Below are positions 23,712 to 36,592 of a DNA stretch of 63,879 nt, in pieces. The DNA lies in the NCBI RefSeq assembly GCF_001194135.2, contig NC_068987.1, positions 91,782,363 through 91,846,241 of the forward strand. Reading direction: 5' to 3'. The notes under the pieces were generated by a model that did not search any database, was not told where the DNA came from, and saw nothing but the letters and a program-made list of their open reading frames with translations. Origin of the DNA: Octopus bimaculoides (lineage: Eukaryota). The translations under genes were made by a program, and so were the position numbers. Position 1 is the stretch's first letter. Each line of letters starts with the position of its first letter.

Positions 23712-23925
23712 AGGTGGTGAGCTGGCAGAACCATTACCATGCCGGACAAAATGCTTAGCGGTATTTCGCCCGTTACTATGTTCTGAGTTCAAATTCCACC
23801 GAGGTCGACTTTGCCTGTCATATTTTCAGGTTCGATAAAATTAAGTACCAGCTGAACACTGGGATCAATGGAATCGAATCATCCCCTCCCCAAAATTGCT
23901 ACCCTTGAAACAAAATTCGAAACCA
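23712..23925 (+). mobile_element. SINE family B, near full length
   Basis: ggtggtgagctggcagaacc...gttctgagttcaaattccaccgaggtcgactttgcc...caaaattcgaaacca then (TTC)n. Confidence 0.88.
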
Positions 23926-23991
23926 TTCTTCTTCTTCTTCTTCTTCTTCTTCTTCTTCTTCTTCTTCTTCTTCTTCTTCTTCTTCTTCTTC
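23926..23991. repeat. (TTC)n/(GAA)n microsatellite between convergent SINE and LINE tails
   Basis: Direct reading. Confidence 0.95.
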
Positions 23992-24814
23992 TTTACTTTT
24001 AATCTGCATGTATGCTACAGTCACTAGCCAGACACACCCAGCGTCCTAATGCGAGTGAAGGATAAGAGAGGTAGCAGTATGACTGAAAGGTTGGGGAGGG
24101 GATGTGCCATGGGCAGTAGCGAAATATCATCATGTAATACAACACAGAAATTTAAACTAATAAGGTTTTTCTAAGGGTGTGCTCAGTACTGGTAAGCAGA
24201 ATTGTTTGATTTCTCTGAGACATGGTCCTCCTGGGATATTATGCAGATGTTTTTGCCATCCCTTTCTCATCATACCTAGGGCACACACAATAACAAAAAA
24301 AGGTTTCGCTTTAAGATGCCACATGTTTTTTTTATTTCAATTTTCAGGTCCTTATATTTACTTCATTTGTCAAATTCCTTCACAGATATATTTTCATCGG
24401 TGAGAACACTTACATCTATTAGTCTGCAAGTATTTTCTTGCATGTCTTTAATGACTATCTCCAGTCGATTAGCCTGAATCACTCTGTCGGAGTTGACTTG
24501 ACAATCCCTGAGGATAGTGACATTTTTACCTCCAGCGACTGGCTGAAGATGTTGTTCATACCAGTAAGCAAGAGTGTTGATTTTGTAGTGTTTACATGAT
24601 TTTTCTATGTCAATACTGTCCAATCTCGTGGCGAATTTCCTTTTCGTTTGTTGTCAACACAGGACATTTCGAGACGAGATGGTCTATTTTTTCGTCAAAT
24701 GTATCGCAGAATCTGCATTTAGGGTCAGAACCGTTTTGAAGAACGTCAGCCTTATAGTTTTTGGTAAGCAAGGTTTGGTCTTGTGCCGCTAATATGAAAC
24801 ATTCAGTCTGCTTT
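23992..24814 (-). mobile_element. 5'-truncated R4/Dong-clade LINE: zinc knuckle, RLE domain, 3' UTR
   Basis: Frameshifted reading KA/TECFILAAQDQTLLTKNYKADVLQNGSDPKCRFCDTFDEKIDHLVSKCPVL...RHEIGQY*/CKHYKI...WYEQHLQPV...TILRDCQVNSDRVIQANRLEIVIKD...CRLIDVSVLTDENISVKEFDK*SKYKDLKIEI..MWHLK...VIVCALG.../ILLTSTEHTLRKTLLV*. Confidence 0.9.
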
Positions 24815-24836
24815 CATCATCATCATCATCATCATC

Positions 24837-24925
<89 letters not shown>

Positions 24926-25039
24926 CATTTCTGCTTTTATTATCATTATTTTTATTATTATTGTTGTTGCTGCTGTTGTTGCTGTTGTTGTTGTTATTAT
25001 TATTATTATTATCATTATTATTATTATTATTATTATTAC

Positions 25040-25096
<57 letters not shown>

Positions 25097-25155
25097 CATT
25101 ATCGTCATCTTCATCATCATCATCATCATTATCATCATTGTCATCATTATTATGA
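24815..25155. repeat. Compound trinucleotide array (ATC)n-(ATT)n-(GTT/GCT)n-(ATT)n-(ATC)n
   Basis: Direct reading; source of the poly-N, poly-Y and poly-L pseudo-ORFs. Confidence 0.95.
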
Positions 25156-25969
25156 TTCATGTATATTATTAAGAATATCATTCAATAGATACATGAATAA
25201 TTTATTGAATTTCAACAAATCTAAGATTTTTCTCTGTTTTTTTCATAAATTCCTCACTGTATTAACACACTATTTACGGTAGAGTGTGAAGGTCACGTGC
25301 CTCTCTCAAAATAATAAACCGTGTCAAGAGACAAAGATTATCTTTTTTGCCAATCTCTCATTCACTTCCTTATTTTAATTTTGATTCAGCTTTCGCCGAG
25401 TTTGTCTGCTCTCCATGTTGTTAAAGGTTTTCAGTCTGTTTCTTTGCAAAAACCTGAACAAAAACCCAAACTTTTACATAATTACATNNNNNNNNNNNNN
25501 NNNNNNNNNNNNNNNNNNNNNNNNNNNNNNNNNNNNNNNNNNNNNNNNNNNNNNNNNNNNNNNNNNNNNNNNNNNNNNNNNNNNNNNNNNNNNNNNNNNN
25601 NNNNNNNNNNNNNNNNNNNNNNNNNNNNNNNNNNNNNNNNNNNNNNNNNNNNNNNNNNNNNNNNNNNNNNNNNNNNNNNNNNNNNNNNNNNNNNNNNNNN
25701 NNNNNNNNNNNNNNNNNNNNNNNNNNNNNNNNNNNNNNNNNNNNNNNNNNNNNNNNNNNNNNNNNNNNNNNNNNNNNNNNNNNNNNNNNNNNNNNNNNNN
25801 NNNNNNNNNNNNNNNNTATATATATACACATATATATATGTAGGTAGGTATATACATACATATATAGACATATATACGGACATAAATATACATATATATA
25901 TATAGATATACACATATATATACATACATACATACACACACCACACACATACACATACACACACACAGA

Positions 25970-26008
<39 letters not shown>

Positions 26009-26744
26009 GCATGCATGAGTCATCGTATTTATTAGTATTTACATCAGTAAGAACTGCCATTGAGTGACAAGGCTCCATGAATCCTAAACGGCTAACATAC
26101 GTATCCGTAGCTGCCTCTGCCCCTCCGCATATACAAACATTCCGAATGTTTTTGCATTTGAAATCTATGCAAGACTCTGTAAAGCTGTATACACATAGAC
26201 AAATACATACCTACACACATACAGACATGGATACATTGATAAACAAACACACACATACAAATATATATATGTATGTATATGTATGCGTATGTATATATGC
26301 ACACATATATATTTATACAAGTGTGTATATATTATATATTATATATATACGCATATAAGTACACACACACACACATATACGTACATGTCGACAATGATGT
26401 AGTGCGTTCGTATATGTGATCTCTCTAATTATGTTTACTCCGAGTGATGCTATATTTAGTACTTATTTAATGTGTTTATTACCTGCCACCTCTCTCGCCC
26501 ATCGTCTTCCACCTCTCTTACAACCGATTAAATTATGGTAGAATGGTAGAGATGTGAAGAGACGATGAATAACACATATGAATCATAAAATCATAAAATT
26601 AAAGTCTACCTGATAGAATGTGTTGCTATGTCTCGATGCAAGACAATTTGCATTCATATTAGAAAATGCCATTCCATTTAGTCTGGACATTTTTGAAATT
26701 GAAAGAAGTGAGAAGAAAAAAAAATCAAAGATCAATACATATAC

Positions 26745-26785
<41 letters not shown>

Positions 26786-27969
26786 TGTCCATATAAATAT
26801 ATGCATGTATATATATATATATAAACATACTCTNNNNNNNNNNNNNNNNNNNNNNNNNNNNNNNNNNNNNNNNNNNNNNNNNNNNNNNNNNNNNNNNNNN
26901 NNNNNNNNNNNNNNNNNNNNNNNNNNNNNNNNNNNNNNNNNNNNNNNNNNNNNNNNNNNNNNNNNNNNNNNNNNNNNNNNNNNNNNNNNNNNNNNNNNNN
27001 NNNNNNNNNNNNNNNNNNNNNNNNNNNNNTATATATATATATATATATATATGTCTATATGTATATATATATATATATGTCTATATGTGTGTATATATAC
27101 TTATACATACACACACATACACGTACACGCGCACACAGACATGTGTGTTTGCAGGTATGTATGTATGTACGCAAAAAGCCTGAAAGATAAATAAAAAGCG
27201 AGACGAAAGAGAAACGAGGTATGAGTAAGGTAATGAAAACAATATAATAATATTTTGGTGTTATTACTTTTCAACGCTGTTGTAATATCGTATTTTATGT
27301 TACAGCAAGACAGAATTCTAGCCTCTATAATGAAGGTAAATAGAATATTTTTTATAAAACTATTTAACTTGTGGACAGAAAACACAGACATACACACACA
27401 CACGCACATACGCACATGTACACACACAGAGACACACATATATACTCACACAAGATACATGCACTCACACATACACACACACACACAAAGACATATGCAT
27501 ACCAACAAATGGTAGCGGACAAAACATACACACTTACAGACGTGTTCATATACTTTACATATATGTGTGTGTATATTAGTGCGTGTTTATATATTGAATA
27601 TGATGCATATATACACGATATAAAAGCAGGAAACGAAAGAGATAGATAGATAGATAAACAGAAAGGGGTGGCGAAGAATTCTTATTGGAATTGAATATTT
27701 TCACAAACTATTACTAACAGTTTCAGTTAACCAAGTGCCGCATTGGCCATTTCTGCTTTTGTTTAGTTCTAACAGGTCATTTATTACATTTTGTGTTTCT
27801 GTTAATATCTTCAAAAGAGTTGATTGTTCTTCATCTTAGTGAAACGCGTAAATTTCCAAATTGCAACAACATATAATTAGTATTCAGCTCTGTTGTGGCA
27901 AACAGCAAAATTAACCATGCTTTCAATGCTTACTTGCTTAAGGCAGTCCATCTTGACAGATAACGTCAT

Positions 27970-28450
27970 TTTTGATCCTTAGGGGTTGTGTTGATGGCGT
28001 TGGCAGGGCCCACACGTGGTTGAAAAGGCCGATTCTGAAGACACATGTCAGGTTACACTAAGAGCAGCTCGTCTAGGATTTTGTCTCCGCTTTTCGTCGC
28101 GAAGTCTAGTCCGCTCATCCTCAAAATGTTGCGTAGCAGTTTTGACCATACCCCTCCAGGCTGTACGATCTGTGGCTAATGTTTCAATTCACCAGGGGTC
28201 GATGTTGCAGAGCTTCAGCGATTTCTTGAGATGATCTTTATATCGCTTCTTTGGTCTTCCGTGCGGTCAGTTATCCTCTGCTAACTCCCCCAAAAGCATA
28301 ACCTTGGGTATACGGTTTTCAATAACAGCAGCAGAAACGGCCGGAATATGTGCACGGATCTGTTTTCCTCTATATATCTGTTTTTCATATCAGCGACATT
28401 TCCTAAATGAACGCATGGTATGCGGTGAATGCTCAATTGTTTAAATAAAG
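27970..28450 (-). mobile_element. RTE (BovB-like) LINE ORF2 C-terminal remnant
   Basis: ENRIPKVML/GELAEDN*PHGRPKKRYKDHLKKSLKLCNIDPW*IETLATDRTAWRGMVKTATQHFEDERTRLRDEKRR and CVFRIGLFNH; GRPKKRYKD starts at 28260. Confidence 0.88.
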
Positions 28451-28869
28451 AATGAATCCCTCGAGAGTCTGCAAGAAGATTACATAATATTATGTGTCGT
28501 CTTCCTATTATATCTTGAGTTCTATTCTTGCATTCTCAGGTTTAAATTTCAGGAGGCATTCCTAGAGTGCACGTTGAAACATGTACAAAAAATAAACACT
28601 AAGTTAACTGGTTCATAGAGGAGGGGAGATTAATCTGTGGAAAAACGTTCAGATTTTGAAATTAGAATCTAATATGAAGACTGTACGTTACTTGCAGAGC
28701 TGCGAGAATTAGCTATCTCTTTCATATTGTACTGCATTATTTCAAGCACAGAAGCTGTGGCTAATATGGTCTTCTGTGTCCTTTGCTTATGGTTATTGTC
28801 AGTTCTTGTTGCAATTTATCGAAACAAACACGATAACATGAACAATCATTTTGGTCCAGAATAAATAAA

Positions 28870-29150
28870 AATAAAAGCTATCGAGGTCGTCCCATGTCTG
28901 TCAAGAACCTAAGGAATTATAAAGCGGGGTCTTTACTCAGTTTCCATGATTTATTAGTGTCTGAGATTACACCTTCCCTGAACGGGACGATCGTCTTCCT
29001 AGCTATTGTTGGAATGCATTTACATCTGGGTGGACTGAGGCAGCAGGGAGAAAAGAAGAGTTTTCCTCAAGAACACAAAGCACGATCTGCGAATCGAAAT
29101 CACGGTCACACAACTGTGACCTCAACATCGCTAACCGATAGGCCACATAC
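28870..29150 (-). mobile_element. SINE family C-related (tRNA head plus Nin/Deu-like core), diverged
   Basis: Minus strand tggcctatcggttagcgatg...gatttcgattcgc...gtgttcttgaggaaaactc...gcctcagtccacccagatgtaaatg. Confidence 0.6.
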
Positions 29151-29641
29151 ATTCAAGCCATGGAGGTAGGTTTAGCAAATATGCAATTTAGATCTGGGAA
29201 ACTCGAGGTTTTTAAAGTATATTTGCCGCGAGAAGTGTAAGTTTTATAGTTTCATACTTTGTCTTTTGTTGTAGAGTGAGAAAACACAACCCGACTTTTA
29301 AACGGATTTCAGATTTTACTTTTTAATAAGATTTTAAATTTACTACCTTAAAAAGCTGGTAACTTAACGGAATCGCAGTGGATTTTAACACCTAACTCAT
29401 TGAGAGAATTAACCCGAGGCTAAACAACAACTACATCGAGTTATTCTATGGATACGAAATATAAACACTTCGGAAATTTTGTCATATAGAATTAATTTAA
29501 TGCATCATGTCCGTTGATCAGAAATATATTTGGATCGAATTGGAAAATAAATAATTTTCTGAAATCCAATTTTAATACATAACATTGAGTTGCTTTAATA
29601 TAATTATGGAAATGAATCTAAACATAGCATAACGGACATTG

Positions 29642-29757
<116 letters not shown>

Positions 29758-30756
29758 CACATATCTACAAACACGCAATACATCCACAAACACACAACCA
29801 TACATAGACTAACACAAGCACGCACAAACACCTAATATAATTTTGTTTGCATTGGTGAAATTTTCATTCTAGATTGAAAATAACTTATTAATATTCATTA
29901 CAAAAGAAAATAATAATTCTGAAATATCCGCATAATTCTCTCTGCACATATTAGCTGGTAAAAGTTGACAAATAAGATTTTATTTAAAAGTAAGTCTACA
30001 GGGTAAACCTTACGTCATCTTAATTCCATAAAATTTCATTCAATGTGTGTGTGTGAGCGCGCGTGCATGCTCGCGTGTGCGCATGCTCGCGTGTGAGTAC
30101 GTGTGTGAGTATGTGTGTGTATATGTTTGTGTGTGTATGTGTGTATACATAAGTATATGTAAATACGCACAGCAACACACACCTATTAGAAGAAAGATGA
30201 AGAACCTTCAGTTGTTCAATCAATTCAAACCACTGCTCCTTATACCACGTATGCTTAGCTGAGTACTCCGCATATATTTGTTGCATTTAACTTATTCTCA
30301 GGCAGTGTGTGACAAGGCTGTGCCTCATGAATTTCAAGAGCAATACTCATGATGAGCTTATATACAACAATTCAATCACAAATTAAGGGTCGAGTCGAGT
30401 TAAAAGAAAATGAAATTTATCGAGATGCCATGCAGTGAGGTTTGCACGTGACCGGGCACCCCATGTGAACTTGTATTCCCATTGAAACTCCAAACGTGAA
30501 CTCTACAACTGAAATGCGAATGACGACTACGCTACGGCGCCCGCGCTATCCGACGCACTTGCTCTCTCAGAGAGACATTTGCCAAATGGTAAGATGAAGT
30601 TGTGGGTTGCACGTAGAAGTATTATCACGTTTGATGGAACGTTAGGGCCCCGACCGTCGAACGTGATCAGCATTTGTGAGGGACGTGGCGAACTCTTTGG
30701 TCGGAACCGGCTTAAGCTACGCCGGGGGAAATGTCGCCGCAAGTACGAGCACAAAT

Positions 30757-30900
30757 CGTGGCACTCCGTCGGTTACGACGACGAGGGTTCCAGTTGATCC
30801 AATCAATGGAACAGCCTGCTCGTGAAATTAACGTGCAAGTAGCTGAGCACTCCACAGACACGTGGACCCTTAACATAGTTCTCGGGGAGATTAAGCGTAC
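30757..30900 (-). mobile_element. SINE 3' portion (family C-related, ends gtaaccgacggagtgccac)
   Basis: Recognised from memory as a common cephalopod SINE tail: ctccccgagaactatgttaagggtccacgtgtctgtggagtgctcagc...ctggaaccctcgtcgtcgtaaccgacggagtgccac; no second copy of this tail in the window. Confidence 0.55.
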
Positions 30901-31112
30901 AAGATCTATATATANNNNNNNNNNNNNNNNNNNNNNNNNNNNNNNNNNNNNNNNNNNNNNNNNNNNNNNNNNNNNNNNNNNNNNNNNNNNNNNNNNNNNN
31001 NNNNNNNNNNNNNNNNNNNNNNNNNNNNNNNNNNNNNNNNNNNNNNNNNNNNNNNNNNNNNNNNNNNNNNNNNNNNNNNNNNNNNNNNNNNNNNNNNNNN
31101 NNNNNNNNNNNN

Positions 31113-31149
<37 letters not shown>

Positions 31150-31324
31150 TCAAATTCTATAGAAACAAGTTCTTTCATATATAGTACTGTGCTAGAGTTT
31201 TATTACCGCGTTAAAAGTACTATTTTATTGTAATTAGATTTATCTTGTAGCTATTATTTCGTGATAATATCATAAGTAATTATTATGCATTGTAATTATT
31301 AATATACAAATATTATGTGTGAAA

Positions 31325-31600
31325 GCACGTGAGTTGGAGGTTAGGCATGTTACAATTAGGATATCGTTGTTTCGATTCCCAGACCGGCGGCGAAACGCAT
31401 CCTTACCTGTTGCTCAAGTCCACTGAACTATGAAAGAGTAGCCTTGAAACGGACTCACCTTCCAATCAGGGTAACAGTTGGCCTGCTCGCCCAGCCAGCG
31501 AAATGCTATCACTCGAAAGCTAAAACGATGCAAAGCGCATTGTGACCAGCGATGTATAACGACATGTGATAGGCTGCTCGATCACGTGTTCACGTGATAA
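31325..31600 (+). mobile_element. SINE family C
   Basis: gcacgtgagttggaggttagg head, B-box GTTTCGATTCC (31369-31379), tail aaacgatgcaaagcgcattgtgaccagcgatg...gatcacgtgttcacgtg shared with 18708-18975. Confidence 0.75.
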
Positions 31601-31756
31601 TTATTATGTAAAAAAAAAAGGACTGTGGGTCTCCATTCACCTCATCGAGTTTGGCTGTAGAATCTCTAATATGTTGAAGTTATATAAAGTAGAGTCGAAT
31701 AATAACATTGCCTGGTTATCTCAGCATTCAAAGCTTTTAATAATGTTTGCAAATAC

Positions 31757-32722
31757 TGTGACTGTTGGGTAAGAAGTTTGCTTCCGAAATCCATGACTCG
31801 GGGTTCAGTACTACGATGTGGTACCTTCGGGAACTGCTTTCTACTATAGCTTCGGGACGATCAAATTATTGTGAGAGGATTTGGTTGATGGAAACTGAAA
31901 GAAGCCTGTCGTATATATATATGTTTATATATATGTATATATATATATGNNNNNNNNNNNNNNNNNNNNNNNNNNNNNNNNNNNNNNNNNNNNNNNNNNN
32001 NNNNNNNNNNNNNNNNNNNNNNNNNNNNNNNNNNNNNNNNNNNNNNNNNNNNNNNNNNNNNNNNNNNNNNNNNNNNNNNNNNNNNNNNNNNNNNNNNNNN
32101 NNNNNNNNNNNNNNNNNNNNNNNNNNNNNNNNNNNNNNNNNNNNNNNNNNNNNNNNNNNNNNNNNNNNNNNNNNNNNNNNNNNNNNNNNNNNNNNNNNNN
32201 NNNNNNNNNNNNNNNNNNNNNNNNNNNNNNNNNNNNNNNNNNNNNNNNNNNNNNNNNNNNNNNNNNNNNNNNNNNNNNNNNNNNNNNNNNNNNNNNNNNN
32301 NNNNNNNNNNNNNNNNNNNNNNNNNNNNNNNNNNNNNNNNNNNNNNNNNNNNNNNNNNNNNNNNNNNNNNNNNNNNNNNNNNNNNNNNNNNNNNNNNNNN
32401 NNNNNNNNNNNNNNNNNNNNNNNNNNNNNNNNNNNNNNNNNNNNNNNNNNNNNNNNNNNNNNNNNNNNNNNNNNNNNNNNNNNNNNNNNNNNNNNNNNNN
32501 NNNNNNNNNNNNNNNNNNNNNNNNNNNNNNNNNNNNNNNNNNNNNNNNNNNNNNNNNNNNNNNNNNNNNNNNNNNNNNNNNNNNNNNNNNNNNNNNNNNN
32601 NNNNNNNNNNNNNNNNNNNNNNNNNNNNNNNNNNNNNNNNNNNNNNNNNNNNNNNNNNNNNNNNNNNNNNNNNNNNNNNNNNNNNNNNNNNNNNNNNNNN
32701 NNNNNNNNNNNNNNNNNNNNNN

Positions 32723-32766
<44 letters not shown>

Positions 32767-33025
32767 TGTATGTAAGTATGTATGTATGCGTGGGCGCGTG
32801 TGCGTGTGTGTTTGTGACAGTGTTTGTCTCTCCTGCCACCGCTTGAGAACCGCTGCTAATGTATTTACGTCTGCATAACTTAGCGGTTCGGCAAAATTTT
32901 TCGATAGATTAAGTACCTGGTTTAAAAAAATAAGTACCCGAGGTCAATACATTCGACTAAATATTCTTCAAGGCGGTGCCCAGCCATGGGTGCAGTCTAA
33001 TGACTCGAACAAAAGATAAAAGATA
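31757..33025 (+). mobile_element. SINE family A spanning an N gap within its central microsatellite
   Basis: 5' half 31757-31912 (taagaagtttgcttcc...ggaaactgaaagaagcctgtcg), 3' half 32815-33025 (ccaccgcttgagaaccg...cttagcggttcggcaaaa...cagtctaatgactcgaac). Confidence 0.75.
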
Positions 33026-33382
33026 AATAACTGTATAAATATTCGTGAGAAATCGGGTGAAATAACGTCGCTAGCGAGGTCCATACTTCGGGTATTTCCT
33101 GCCAAGAAGAATCCCATGAACACAGAGATATTCTGCCCATTCAATTTCTTCCACTTCCTGGAACTTTTCAAAATTTTACGAAGCGTTAACATTAAAGCCT
33201 CTTCATGTGATACNNNNNNNNNNGAACTTTTCAAAATTTTACGAAGCGTTAACATTAAAGCCTCTTCATGTGATACGACAGTATCGAAATTGCTGAAGGT
33301 TTAGTCGTAAAGTTTTCCGTCGACACATACACACATATACGGGCACAGTCAAGCACACCCATGTACATATGCGTGTTTATGC

Positions 33383-33418
<36 letters not shown>

Positions 33419-33460
33419 NNNNNNNNNNTTTATCTATACATACACATATACATACACACA

Positions 33461-33518
<58 letters not shown>

Positions 33519-33519
33519 C

Positions 33520-33551
<32 letters not shown>

Positions 33552-34544
33552 ATGAATGCATAAATATGAATGCAGGAGTTATTGTTTCGGCACTGATGCT
33601 GATGTGATGTTTATAATTGCGTACAAATGGGACAACAGGCTCTCAGGCAAGATTCCACTCTAATTTAATTAGTCTCTTTGCTAATGTGATTTAGATGTTT
33701 CAAATAATGTTCAATAGTAACGAAGAATAAATGGAAAATAAATCCTTTGAAATTAAATGAGATTTCACTTAATCTAACTAACACTGGAATATCTTTTATT
33801 TAGTTAGAGAGCAGAGCAGAAAGAGATAATGGCTTTGATATTTTTAGGCTCTCTTAAACTGCAGAGGACATCATTATTGCTTAAAGTTAGCACGTTTGAG
33901 CTTTAGACTTGATCTGGTGCACTTTAGTAATTACAAACCAGATATGGAAGGTTTGGTTCTTCATAGGAAAGAGAAAACATTGAGATGAATACTTCGAAGA
34001 TTTGGTAAATGTTTCAGTCATTACTTGGGTGGTGGAACCATATTTATTACCTGTCTATTAGATTGTGCTACTGGTGTAAACGTTTGGATTGATATCCACT
34101 TCAGGTGCCGGGCTATTGCTAGATATTTCATCAGCAAGTGTTCAATTCCCAAAGCCTTAGTTTTGGTAGACATTCTGGAATAACTCCTAAATCCTCTGTT
34201 GTATGAAATAAATTCCAAAGAAATTTCTATTTCTTATTCAGTTAGAATTTAAACCAGATGTTGGCCATAGCCTCTAGAATATCCTTAGCTGCTTTAGAAC
34301 ATACTTACGTATGTTTTGTTGACTGTTGGCATCAGGTTAAATAACATACTGTTGAAAAACAGAATATCATATAACTGATACGAACGTTTAGTGCCAAACA
34401 CAAGGAAGAATAATGTTTTGGAAGAATCTATTTGTGTGGATGTTAAATTGCACGATACACTCACACACACATACACACGCACACACACACACACGCACTC
34501 ACACACGCATAAACATACACACATATACATACATGCATACATAC

Positions 34545-34715
34545 ACATGCACATGTAACTATAAATATGAGACGGATTTGTACGTGCACTGACAGCAAAT
34601 ACCTGCACATATACACACAGACAAACATGTATACCTATCCTGCTGATGTTGTTGAAACTCCAATGAAGGGACCTTGGGTCGAAGTTAGAAACCGGCTTTT
34701 TCAACATTGGTGAGA
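34545..34715 (+). mobile_element. 3' UTR remnant of the (TACA)n-associated R4-clade LINE
   Basis: ctgctgatgttgttgaaactccaatgaagggaccttgggtcgaagttag aligns to 3001-3049 ctgttgttgatgttgaaattccaatgaaggatccttggatccaagttag. Confidence 0.7.
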
Positions 34716-35594
34716 AATCTCAGAAAGATGAAAGGAAAAAAACTAAATAATAATGTACACATACATAAACGCCTAGCAAAGTGTAAACGTTTCTTGTCAA
34801 ATATGACATCATCAGTAAAATTTTGTGAGACTTCATGCAAAACTAGCGAGAGGAAAATCGTTGTTGGTTCAAGGAAACTCATAAATCTGTTTAAAAAATG
34901 CTGAACGCAGAACTTGATGTTCCAGATTAGCTGAGTATTGCATATACAAAGCTAGAGTCTATGAGGAATGCAACGCGTCGAACAAACTACAGTCTCACGT
35001 CAGGCTTAAATGTTATTGCTTAAACTGCAAACGTGTTGCTTGAATGCCTTTGTGCAGATTGACTACGTGACAGAAATTATGGTGGTCTTGGCAGTGAGCG
35101 CTTAGTTAGGTCTCCTTTAGTTATGCGAAAGATAAATGATAAGATCTGTAGAAAAGAGGAAATTTAAGTTAGCCATACATATCTGTCGATGATCTGAAGT
35201 TGTGTTTCAGTAATAGTCACATTACCAAGAAATTGAACTGTAAATGTTCAGTCAAAATAAGATTATTGACCATATAAAAAATACGGATATCAGTGACCTT
35301 TCCCGACTATGCTACAACAAAGATTGGCTAAGAATATTACATCTGTTGAGATTAAAGTTAGCCTGACAAAGAAATTAGCCACCAGACTTCGGAATGTGAA
35401 GAGGTTAAATCTGCAAATATTCAATCTCACCTAATCCCATAACACCTTCGTTGTACTATTCGAAATGAGAAAATTGGTTCTCATTACCTGGATATATGAA
35501 ACGATCAGCAGTTTATTTATCCTGGCAATTACCTTGATTACCACAGAACCCAGATCTTTTATCTTTCATCTGTTATTTGTTACAATTAATAAAC

Positions 35595-35773
35595 CTCAGC
35601 GATGCTGGAACACCGCCTTCAAATATTTTTAGCCAATCGAACGTCCTTCAGTGTCCGTCTACCAAATCCAATCGCAAGGCTTTAATCATCCCGTCTACCA
35701 AATCCAATCGCAAGGCTTTGATCGCTGTAGAAGACATGTTGGGAAGAAAACGTCTTACTACAGAGCCACGTCT
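35595..35773 (-). mobile_element. SINE family A, internally deleted, with a 29 bp internal duplication
   Basis: ccgtctaccaaatccaatcgcaaggcttt at 35655-35683 and 35691-35719; head remnant cttactacagagccac. Confidence 0.7.
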
Positions 35774-36559
35774 CTGCTTGGACATGAAGAGAAAACGCCA
35801 GCGGGAAATGCCACAACGACAGTGACATACGCACATCAGAATTATGTTAGGTGTAGTGATGGATCCACAGTCAAAGTCTCACTCCAAACAACCTTTCCTA
35901 CCCAGACACCTTTTCTCTCACTAAGACAAATACTGAGCAGCAACAGGGAGAAAGCAACAAACCACATGAATACTCAACAGTGAAAATAACAAATTGAGGT
36001 TAGATATTATTCTGAGCTGACAGTTGTTCCTATGAGTCAAGAATGGTTTAACTAGCTTGGAATACGCTGAAACTGAAATGAGAAAGGTTTATTATATCTG
36101 TAAATATTTGTGCATAAATGCATGTTGCGCAGTCTAGAAGATATCAGAAATGTGGATATGAAGTGTAGACCTGTCTAGATCTGTCTAAGACTCATTACCT
36201 GCCGTATAGGAGAGTGTAACTTAGTTATTTAAACATAGCTCAGAGCTACTTTATAACTGGTGATTACCAGAGATTAAGGTGCGTTTACACCTGCAAATTC
36301 TATATATAAATAATCAGTTTTAGAAGATATTTTTTCCTATCAGCTGGTAATTACTTCGAAATATCCTCATATGCTACTCAGCGTTATTATATGTAATGAC
36401 TTTCAAACAGTTTATAATGAGATCTGCAGGAAGGATTCAATACAAGTGTCATAGATTTCAATTATTCTTTTCCGTCTTTCTGTGACTGAAAAACATCACA
36501 ACCAGTAAAATATGATTCCTTCTTGAATTTTGTCAGCAGTATTTATTAATCATATACAC

Positions 36560-36592
<33 letters not shown>

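Noticed and set aside
24761-25282. His/Tyr/Cys-rich and Asn/Asp-rich ORFs that look like low-complexity proteins
   Set aside because: Wholly derived from the trinucleotide array and open in several frames on both strands.
30640-30720. GTTAGGGCC and GCTTAAGC words reminiscent of a pistol ribozyme
   Set aside because: The P1 stem does not form around TTAGGG and the complementary CCCTAA pseudoknot strand is absent.
33159-33275. 53 bp direct repeat separated by 9 Ns
   Set aside because: Typical unmerged contig overlap across a small gap; probably an assembly artefact.
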